A DNA stretch of 48,082 nucleotides from a virus (lineage: Duplodnaviria > Heunggongvirae > Uroviricota > Caudoviricetes), in IMG/VR virus record IMGVR_UViG_3300001199_000003, positions 122,537 to 170,618 of that record, one strand, 5' to 3'. The notes beneath the pieces were generated by a model. The model was not told the DNA's origin. It was given only the letters and a program-made list of their open reading frames with translations, and made no database searches. Below are positions 1 through 7,740 of this stretch, piece after piece. The translations under genes and the position numbers were made by a program. Position 1 is the first letter of the stretch; the number at the start of each line of letters is the position of its first letter.

Positions 1-226
1 CAAATGCTCCAGTCCAAAGAGCTTCTACTTTACAATCCTTTAGGATTGTAATTCTAGTTCCTAAAGTTGAATCGTTAGCAATACTGAAAACACCGTTTCC
101 AGAAAGTACCTGAGATCCACTGAACCAACAGATAGCCAAAGCAGATCCTGGTGAGGATGCGTCAAGGGTATTCAATCTAGCTGACTGAATCTGTACGTTA
201 CTATGTACGCCTAGAATCTTTGGCAT
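1..226 (-). CDS. 5'-intact ORF running off the left edge; probable virion fibre/structural protein (MPKILGVHSNVQIQSARLNTLDASSPGSALAICWFSG...)
   Basis: Hand-translated, not in ORF track. ATG at 226, 3 nt after the stop of 230..589, open to position 1. Last gene of the fibre operon; composition rich in S/G/T. Confidence 0.6.
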   Translation of the reverse strand, partial: MPKILGVHSNVQIQSARLNTLDASSPGSALAICWFSGSQVLSGNGVFSIANDSTLGTRITILKDCKVEALWTGAF

Positions 227-229
227 AAT

Positions 230-589
230 TTACTCCAAGCCCATTTCGGCTCTTGTTACTTCGAGGTTCATAACCAGTTTACGCTCTGTAGCTGACATCT
301 GATCCCAAGTTTTTGAGATAAGACCAGCTTTAGCTGCTTGCTTTGCTTGTTCAAGCTCTTCGGCTTGAGCTTTAAGATCTTCAATCGAAACATAGTCCGA
401 TCCATCCAAAAATTCCCAGTGGTCCAAAATTGCCTGTTTTTCTTGTTCAGAAGGTTCTTCTGAGAAAAAAAGTTCCAAAGCACTTGCTGCTTGATTACCT
501 TTATAATTTGGATATTCAGATCTTAAATGAGATTCTAAATTATCCAAGCTAATATTAAATTCTTTCCATTCTAATTTCATTGAGTACAT
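230..589 (-). CDS. Small acidic protein downstream of tail fibre; possible fibre assembly chaperone
   Basis: 119 aa, SD AGGAG upstream, directly follows the 1333-aa fibre gene, the usual position for a chaperone. Function inferred from position only. Confidence 0.45.
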   Translation of the reverse strand: MYSMKLEWKEFNISLDNLESHLRSEYPNYKGNQAASALELFFSEEPSEQEKQAILDHWEFLDGSDYVSIEDLKAQAEELEQAKQAAKAGLISKTWDQMSATERKLVMNLEVTRAEMGLE

Positions 590-602
590 ATATTTCTCCT
601 AA

Positions 603-3600
603 TTAATTCATTTCTTCTACAAGTAACGCTCTTAAGTTGCTGCTACTTGACATAGTACCTGCTGAAGTTCTCCAAAAAACATCCACTTTATGGAAACCTT
701 TAGATAAGTACATATTATGGTTAATAACAGCGCCCTGATCAAAGTTAGCTGATCCTGGTTGAATAAGAATTTCCGTTTCTGTTAAAGTAATACCATCTAT
801 AACTAAAACAAAACGACAAGAGTTACCAGCGACTGTATTCCTAACTGTACTAGTAAAAGAAATCTTAAATCTAGAGCCTTTAGAGTAAACAGTAGCAGAC
901 ATATCAGGACACGGAATAGATGTCGTAGATGTAGTTGACGGTGATGAAGTTACTGCTTGAGCTAAAACTACTGTAGATATTTTTTCATCTAAAATATCTC
1001 TATCGTTCCACTTTCTAAGGTCAGCAATACTATCAGAACCAACTGATAGTGTATTTTGGAATACAGCCGGAATATTAGATGATGGAGAGTATATTGGAGT
1101 AATAACATCTATAGCTTCAACATCCATAAAGTTAGCTGTTCCATTGGTTACTCTAATTTTATACTCACCTAAAGGGAGGCCAGAAACTCTAAATCCAGAA
1201 CCAATCGTATTAGATACTGCTTCGGATAAATTACCTGTAGCTGAGTTAAAACTAAATCCACCGTAAGAACTAGCCGTAATAGAAGGAAAGTTAGCAGTAG
1301 TAAGAGTCAATAAAGATCCACCGTTTAAATTTTGTAAAGCGACTGTATTTGTAGCCGAGAAAGTAGTATTCGCTCTCCCTCTCATTTCAAATCCTGTACC
1401 GAAAAACGTGTATTCAAAATATTGAGTAGAGCCGTTAGTTCTAGTAGTAAACCCATTAATATAAGCAGCTGGGTCGATAGTGTCCACTACCCAACCAGCA
1501 CCTACGTAGGTATATTCTCTCAAAGAAGCTTTTCTTAAAATACCAGTAGCGATTGTTTCTAATCCAGCAGTTGCGTTTGCTGCAAAATCAGCTAAGATAT
1601 TATATTGAGCAATTTCAATTGAGTCAGCTGGGATTGTAGGTTTTTTAGGCTGATAAATAATAAAAGAAGAAACTCCAAAACTACCTGTACCGGCATCGGC
1701 AACAAATTTGACGGTGTGTGTTCCGTAAGGAAGGCCTGAAACGATTTTACGAGTTTCAATTGGAGTAGATAAAGTTTTTGAAATAGCACCTATACTGGCA
1801 GCTCCATCTATAGAAACAGAAGAAAAACTTCTTGTTGCTGAATCAACACTAACCTGAATATCTAACCCAGTACCGATAAAAGTTAAGGTAATAGTACCAC
1901 TTGCGCCACATACTAACGCATCTATTCCACCAAATACCTGAAGAGATGTATTGGTTACAGTTAAAGTTGTAGTTCCATCGTCTAGAGTGAAAGCGCGAGT
2001 TACGTTTGTTCCTACCATAGTAGAAATATCGTCAGCCCTATTAGCACCAAATTCACGAGGATTATAAGATCTAATTAAATCTTCATTAGTATGATCTGCA
2101 GATGTAAAATTAGCCTGAGAAGAATTAGTTGGGGTTACAGCCTTACCAATAGTTCCATCTGGTTTAAGATAAACAACTGCGTTACCGCCACGAGTACCTA
2201 AAGTACCTGATTCAAAGCCAGAGCTAAAAGCAGGGGTAGCTAATACAGCTAAAGAATTAGAATATTTTCCTTTAATAGCAGTACCTGGAGCTACTGAAAT
2301 GGATGTTGACTGGTTAAGAATTTCAAAACCATAACAGTCAAAGGAAGAAGACGCAGCGTTGTTGTTTCTAATTTTAACAGTGTGAACACCAAGGCTTAGC
2401 CCTGTAACTACAGGAACAATTTGATTAGTAGCATAATTTCTAGTAGCTAAAATAGCACTATAAGATGCTGAAACAATATTAGCACCCTCTGACCCACCGT
2501 CAACTGAAACGCGCCAATCTTGAGTTGCTGCATATAAAATTGAAAGAATATTTAATCCAGTACCGTAAAATACAATTTCAATGTAATCGGTAGTATTGCC
2601 TGTAGTGTAAAGTTGATTTCCTTGAGCGTTAGGCGTAGCTTTCCATTGAGAACCTACAAATCTGATTTGATTAAATTTATCATTTACTGTCTTAAATACG
2701 GGTTGACCGCTAGGACCGAATTCATCCTGAAGTTGAGATATACTTTGTGTCGCTATTCTGTTAATACCAATACTAGTATTTAAATTAGCTGATAAATCAG
2801 GAATTGAAGCCCTGCCTGTAATGTCACTTCTGAATTGAGAACCTGTCGGAGAACCATTCACTGCTGTTAAAAAACTAGCTACAACTTGAGCATCTACAGA
2901 TTGATTTAAAATACTTTCAGCTTCAGAAAGACGAACAGTATTATTAGTATTCGAGTCAATGATAGTAGATTCAACGCGGAATTGAAAATCAATACCAGCA
3001 GATGAATAATCAGTATCCATTTCAATAATAGTATCTGAAATCTCAACAAAATAAGCCTGAGTAGGATCTGTTACGCCAGAAACAAAACGAGGAACACGTT
3101 GACCATTAGCATAAACTTGAAGAATTGCCCCAGAAGCTTGGCCTTCATTTGCTCCGCGAGGGTAAGCAAATGTAAATTGGAAACGAGATTTACCGCCAGA
3201 AACACCATGTGTTACATTTTGATAAATAGATGAAGTAGGGCGAGCAAAAGCTGAAAAAAGCTGAGCGCCTACAGTTTCACCAGTTTGCTTATGGAAGAAA
3301 GCTTTATAGGCCAAAAGATTGACGAAGCCTGAGCCCGAAGTCTTATTGGCAAAAAAACGAATTTTAAATTGAGTTGAAGCTGTCGGAGTTGAAGCCGCAG
3401 TTAAAAGATCAGAAAGTGAATCTGGTCGAATCTTAGCTTCAGACCAATCTGTACCGTCGGCAGAAACAGAGAATCCCATATCGGCTACTGAGCCAAAATC
3501 TGGGATGACATCGCTAGAAGCGTCAGAATCGGCATAAGCAACTAGAACATCGTCGATATTTCCAGTAAACTGAGAAGAAGCAGCAAGACCAAGGCCACCG

Positions 3601-4604
3601 TTAGTGAAAGCGTTAAGATCTACAGTGTGAACAGCTTGAGAAACTACACAAGCTGCAGCGGCAGGATCAACTGTCCATGCAGATTCTACAGTATAAGTAG
3701 TTTGAGTAGTTACAGCTGTGATTTTTTTAGGAGAATCAACGCCAGGAATATTGATTATATCACCGGCTTTAACTGTAAAAGTAGGAGCAGAAGACATTGT
3801 AACGGCAGTACCAGTAGCTGAAACTGTCTTAGAAGCATCGTAAGCTAGACGGAAAAGTTCGTTTGCAACATCGTGCAAAGTGGCGTCAGTAAAACCTGCA
3901 GAAATATCTACAGTAGTTGTGCCATCTGGAATATCAGCAAAAGAATCACGGATAGCAGCTTGATAAAGAAGATCTACAAGCTCGCCCCCGCCTGATCCAG
4001 AACCAGTTCCAGAAGCAGATCCACCGCCAGACGCTGCTGGACGATAAATTTTAGCATTCTCAATGATGTCAGTAGCGGAACCAGCAGTCTTATAGGCCGC
4101 TGGAGAAGCATTAGTTGCTTGAAGAGTTACGTAACCAATTGGAGATCCACCAGATACGAAAAGCGATCCAGGATTAACGGCAGCAGCAAGAGCAGCTTCA
4201 GAGGCAAATTCTCCTGAAAACAATACTTTGATTTTTCCAGATCCAATAAGAGTAAAAGCTGCGTAGCGAAACTGACCGAGAGTTGCTGTACCCCAAGTAA
4301 CATCAAAATCAGCAGCGTTTGAGACTGCTTGAGTTTGAAAATTGATTGTAGGATTAGTAAGGGCAGAGAAAATTTGCTTTTTAACAGGAGAAACAACTTT
4401 ATTTGCACCGTCAGCGGCTGCAAGTAAAGAAGAACTGAAATTCAAAACCGCATCTGGAATAGCAGATGCCGCAATGCGTAATGGGGCGTCAAATTCCACG
4501 TTGATTTTGTCAAGAATAGACTCAAGAGTAGCTCCGGCAGCTGCGCCAAGCTTCAGTAGTGCAATTCTTTTTTTAATTTGACGACTATCTAATTGTGTGG
4601 CCAT
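603..4604 (-). CDS. Large tail fibre / receptor-binding protein (1333 aa) with three repeated beta-sandwich modules
   Basis: S/T/A/G-rich. Three copies of [IF]xxxFxGTG[LF]...SGL[SP]xGxH/YxxK (IEIVFYGTGL, ITLTFIGTGL, FEYTFFGTGF), a Gly/Ser linker and a C-terminal jelly-roll-like domain. Lies in the fibre cluster. Confidence 0.75.
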   Translation of the reverse strand: MATQLDSRQIKKRIALLKLGAAAGATLESILDKINVEFDAPLRIAASAIPDAVLNFSSSLLAAADGANKVVSPVKKQIFSALTNPTINFQTQAVSNAADFDVTWGTATLGQFRYAAFTLIGSGKIKVLFSGEFASEAALAAAVNPGSLFVSGGSPIGYVTLQATNASPAAYKTAGSATDIIENAKIYRPAASGGGSASGTGSGSGGGELVDLLYQAAIRDSFADIPDGTTTVDISAGFTDATLHDVANELFRLAYDASKTVSATGTAVTMSSAPTFTVKAGDIINIPGVDSPKKITAVTTQTTYTVESAWTVDPAAAACVVSQAVHTVDLNAFTNGGLGLAASSQFTGNIDDVLVAYADSDASSDVIPDFGSVADMGFSVSADGTDWSEAKIRPDSLSDLLTAASTPTASTQFKIRFFANKTSGSGFVNLLAYKAFFHKQTGETVGAQLFSAFARPTSSIYQNVTHGVSGGKSRFQFTFAYPRGANEGQASGAILQVYANGQRVPRFVSGVTDPTQAYFVEISDTIIEMDTDYSSAGIDFQFRVESTIIDSNTNNTVRLSEAESILNQSVDAQVVASFLTAVNGSPTGSQFRSDITGRASIPDLSANLNTSIGINRIATQSISQLQDEFGPSGQPVFKTVNDKFNQIRFVGSQWKATPNAQGNQLYTTGNTTDYIEIVFYGTGLNILSILYAATQDWRVSVDGGSEGANIVSASYSAILATRNYATNQIVPVVTGLSLGVHTVKIRNNNAASSSFDCYGFEILNQSTSISVAPGTAIKGKYSNSLAVLATPAFSSGFESGTLGTRGGNAVVYLKPDGTIGKAVTPTNSSQANFTSADHTNEDLIRSYNPREFGANRADDISTMVGTNVTRAFTLDDGTTTLTVTNTSLQVFGGIDALVCGASGTITLTFIGTGLDIQVSVDSATRSFSSVSIDGAASIGAISKTLSTPIETRKIVSGLPYGTHTVKFVADAGTGSFGVSSFIIYQPKKPTIPADSIEIAQYNILADFAANATAGLETIATGILRKASLREYTYVGAGWVVDTIDPAAYINGFTTRTNGSTQYFEYTFFGTGFEMRGRANTTFSATNTVALQNLNGGSLLTLTTANFPSITASSYGGFSFNSATGNLSEAVSNTIGSGFRVSGLPLGEYKIRVTNGTANFMDVEAIDVITPIYSPSSNIPAVFQNTLSVGSDSIADLRKWNDRDILDEKISTVVLAQAVTSSPSTTSTTSIPCPDMSATVYSKGSRFKISFTSTVRNTVAGNSCRFVLVIDGITLTETEILIQPGSANFDQGAVINHNMYLSKGFHKVDVFWRTSAGTMSSSSNLRALLVEEMN

Positions 4605-4627
4605 ATGTATTCCTTATATCACAGCTT

Positions 4628-4960
4628 TTACGGAGATCGGTCAATACGGAAATCTAAACGATCTCCGGCTTCTAGTTGGTAAGTAAATTGAACTTGCGTT
4701 CTAGGAGCCACGCCAACATACGTGTAATCAAATACTGGCTCAAGACGATCACCATTAAGGTAAACTTGTAATTCTATCGCAGTATAGGTTTGACCATTTG
4801 GTAAACTAATGTTTGTTCCAGAAGTTATAGGACCATTAATTTGATTTGGTCCACTTGCACCAGAAGCTAAAACACTCAACGATTGATCGTAGATGGTCAA
4901 AGAGGAACTTTCTGGAAAGCTCCTCTGAACACCGTTAGATATACGAAGAAAGTTAGCCAC
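4628..4960 (-). CDS. Small virion protein; stand-alone Ig-like domain paralogous to an internal domain of the 899-aa protein
   Basis: IYDQSLSVLASG...NGPITSG...LQVYLNGDRL...LEAGDRLDFRI aligns by eye with SYDEPVDIVASG...NGPVTIG...LQVFLNGQYL...LEVGDSLEFRI. Confidence 0.65.
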   Translation of the reverse strand: MANFLRISNGVQRSFPESSSLTIYDQSLSVLASGASGPNQINGPITSGTNISLPNGQTYTAIELQVYLNGDRLEPVFDYTYVGVAPRTQVQFTYQLEAGDRLDFRIDRSP

Positions 4961-4973
4961 TATAAATACCTAA

Positions 4974-6983
4974 TTAATTAACGCCAATAACTTGAATTTG
5001 GACATCAATATTGTTTGCATCAATTACCATTCCTAATCTAACTACCGCCATATTAGCAGTAGATGGAGCTGTTTCTGTTACGGCACCAGATGCGTCTAAG
5101 AACAGAGGAGCACCTACCGTAAATCCATGCGTAGGAACATTGATAGTTCCATGCTTAACAACGGTTACTGGATCTCCAGCAGCCAAAAGAGAAGCAGGGC
5201 GAACAAGTCCGATTGCATAGAAATTATCCGCACTTGAAGCATCTATATCAGCTTTATACATACGTCCAGCAACGAAACCTGCGTCTGCTGCTTTAGCGTA
5301 TCGTACTGCAAAAAGCGTAGTTGCCGCGAAAGCTTCGCCTGCAATTTTTGCTTCTTGTATTTTCGGAGCATGTTGAACTGCAGCTGCTGATCCAGATCCA
5401 CCAGTAATGGTATTTTGATCATAAGCCGTAGATTTAACACGCAACGCGTTAGAAGAAATCTCAACCGAGGTATCATCTACCGCTACCGCAATTTTAGTAC
5501 CAGATCCACCTGTAACTGCCCCAGTGGCAGAAAAAGAAGTAGAAACAATTTTATTTTCATCAACGGAATCCGCTGCAAGTTTTGCAAGAGTGATTCCAAG
5601 ATCTTTAACACGTAAAGCGTTAGTGTTGATTTCGATGGTCGAATTGTCAACCTGAACAGCTAATCCAGATGCACCAGTAATAATTGCACCTGCAGCATCT
5701 AATTTAGCCGCAAGTTCATTTGAACCAGTGAATCGTAAAGTAGGATTGGATGCTTCGAGTTTAATTCGGAGCTGACCAGCTACGTTACCTGGGTTTGTAG
5801 ATTCTAATCCAGATGCAGTTGCTAAGTCAACCGAAAAAGTTGATCCAGCAAAAGTAATCATATCGCCGCCGATTAAGCCTGCGATTGGATTAAAATATGC
5901 AAAATTGATAGGATCAGTACCAATTGCAGTTACAACACCGTATTGAACAAATACTTGTCCTGCTTGGCCACCTTCACGAACTGCTACCCATGCGCCGTTG
6001 ACTTCGTCAATCGGAGTAAGAGAATCCATATCAGTAGAACGAGTCCAAGTAGTAGGATCTGTTGCGTCAACAGCAACATAAATACCATTTTCCTCAGGAG
6101 CTGTTTGATTTTTAAGTAATACTCTATCATTGTTAGCAAGAGTAACGCCATCAAACGGGCTAGGATCAGCCGCTACAGCAAGATCTACGTCAGCCAAAGA
6201 AGCAGCGCGAACCGGAGCTTTAGGAGTAAGACCGTTAAGACGAGCTTGCAAATAAGCCAAAGTAACTGCGTCTTGCGAACCTACTGGATCAGCAAGGTTT
6301 GTAAGATTGAAACCGCCCATTGATTGAGCAGCTGCGAATGGGTTAAAGCCAGAAGTAAGAATTGCCTGTTCATAACGAACTGAATCGCCAGAACCAGAAC
6401 CAGCTGCTAAACCAGTAAGCTTAAACCCGCCCATAGGCTGATTTGCGGTGAAAGCAACTGAGCCATCACGTTGGATAGCAGTGGCAATTTTGCCAAGATC
6501 CACGTCGGCATCTGGCATTGAAATAGTGCGAGTTGTAGCTGTTGAAAGAGCAGATAAGTCAAAAACCGATTTTGCAGTAGGATCACCATCTTGGTAAATT
6601 TCAAACAGCGCATCCGAAAAAGAAGTGCCTGCAGCGGCGGCCAACGCAGCGTCTACACCTTCAAAATGACCCTGAGCCGTAGAGGCGGTAGGGGTGTAAT
6701 TAGAAGGAGTTCCAGAAATACCAATTTTAGTACCGCCAGAAGTGGTCGGAGTAGTAGATTGAAGCTCAGTTTCAGTAAAATAGCGACCATCGTGAGTATG
6801 GTACGTCGCATCAACATCTGACCCGTTTTGGAGAGAAACCAAACGATCAAGAATGGCTTTAGTTAGTTCGGTAGGCGATACCGATCCAACTTTGAGTGAT
6901 CCTACAACCAAGGAATTAGTTGACAAATCTACTTGTCTTTCTAAGCCACCGATCAGTCTGGATAATTTTGAAATGTCTGCCAT
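4974..6983 (-). CDS. Virion fibre / decoration protein (669 aa)
   Basis: Tandem MGGFxLTxLA..D[SA]V repeats, the DGVTL.NNDRVLLKNQT..ENGIYV motif common in phage fibre/decoration proteins, VxVDxxx[IV]EIxxNALRVK shaft repeats, and a C-terminal DUF2190/cement-like domain. Confidence 0.7.
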   Translation of the reverse strand: MADISKLSRLIGGLERQVDLSTNSLVVGSLKVGSVSPTELTKAILDRLVSLQNGSDVDATYHTHDGRYFTETELQSTTPTTSGGTKIGISGTPSNYTPTASTAQGHFEGVDAALAAAAGTSFSDALFEIYQDGDPTAKSVFDLSALSTATTRTISMPDADVDLGKIATAIQRDGSVAFTANQPMGGFKLTGLAAGSGSGDSVRYEQAILTSGFNPFAAAQSMGGFNLTNLADPVGSQDAVTLAYLQARLNGLTPKAPVRAASLADVDLAVAADPSPFDGVTLANNDRVLLKNQTAPEENGIYVAVDATDPTTWTRSTDMDSLTPIDEVNGAWVAVREGGQAGQVFVQYGVVTAIGTDPINFAYFNPIAGLIGGDMITFAGSTFSVDLATASGLESTNPGNVAGQLRIKLEASNPTLRFTGSNELAAKLDAAGAIITGASGLAVQVDNSTIEINTNALRVKDLGITLAKLAADSVDENKIVSTSFSATGAVTGGSGTKIAVAVDDTSVEISSNALRVKSTAYDQNTITGGSGSAAAVQHAPKIQEAKIAGEAFAATTLFAVRYAKAADAGFVAGRMYKADIDASSADNFYAIGLVRPASLLAAGDPVTVVKHGTINVPTHGFTVGAPLFLDASGAVTETAPSTANMAVVRLGMVIDANNIDVQIQVIGVN

Positions 6984-7010
6984 ACGCTATTCCCTTTAAA
7001 TATTTAATCT

Positions 7011-7271
7011 CTATGTAAGATTAGCCTGCTTGGCTTTTCTTGGTCTTTTGGTTGAAGATTTAGGTTTCTTTTCTTTAGTTTCAGGTAAGCCATCGAAAGC
7101 AATAGCAATTTTAGCACTTGCCCCGTAAATTTTGAGGATGGCATTTACCTTACCAGCAGCCTCATCACAAATAGCTCTAACTTTCTCGCCAATCTGGGCA
7201 GAAAGAATATCTAACTGCTCGTTATCTAGCTTGGCAATGTCTACTTTTCTTTCTCTACTCTGCAGATCCAT
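7011..7271 (-). CDS. Hypothetical protein (86 aa) with basic C-terminal tail
   Basis: Start re-assigned to MDLQ (ATG 7271, SD GAGGGG). Lys-rich tail KEKKPKSSTKRPRKAK. Confidence 0.55.
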   Translation of the reverse strand: MDLQSRERKVDIAKLDNEQLDILSAQIGEKVRAICDEAAGKVNAILKIYGASAKIAIAFDGLPETKEKKPKSSTKRPRKAKQANLT

Positions 7272-7281
7272 AAGTCCCCTC

Positions 7282-7740
7282 TTATAGTTGCCCAATGACC
7301 GAAATCATTAGTTTAATATCTTTTAGCGATGGATTGAATTCATTTTGAACTACAACTCCAATAAAAATTATAAAGTCACCGGCAGCCCATCCAGCTAATC
7401 CGCCGTATTCTGGCTTTTCATTGGTTAAAAATCCATCTTTACCCAAATAAAGAGCTGTTCCAACAGTAAAAGAAGTAGATACATCTTCTAGTCGGCCATT
7501 ATCGACCACGGAACCAATCGCAGCGTTTGGGATTGACATTCCAGTCATACCAACAATTTTTTCAACCGTAACTTCACTGGTCACAGAAACTGGAACGAGC
7601 TGACTACTAGCGTTTACAGCGACAAGCGTTGCTTTGGCCAAAGTAGAGCCTGAGCCGTTCTGGAAGTTAGTGATTGTTCCACGGCTTCCAGAAACTGTAC
7701 CCGTCGCGCTCTTGTTAAAGAAAAACGGCGAGTAACTCAT
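7282..7740 (-). CDS. Virion protein with DUF2190/capsid-cement-like fold (152 aa)
   Basis: Start re-assigned to MSYS (TAATG overlap at 7740). Motif NGSGSTLAKATLVAV...IVGMT...GSVVDNG...GTALYLGKDG.LT..KP resembles the C-terminus of the 669-aa protein. Confidence 0.55.
   Translation of the reverse strand: MSYSPFFFNKSATGTVSGSRGTITNFQNGSGSTLAKATLVAVNASSQLVPVSVTSEVTVEKIVGMTGMSIPNAAIGSVVDNGRLEDVSTSFTVGTALYLGKDGFLTNEKPEYGGLAGWAAGDFIIFIGVVVQNEFNPSLKDIKLMISVIGQL

Noticed and set aside
31-50. Perfect 9-bp inverted repeat TACAATCCT-TT-AGGATTGTA
   Set aside because: Lies inside a coding sequence, has no U-tract or second copy; could be chance.
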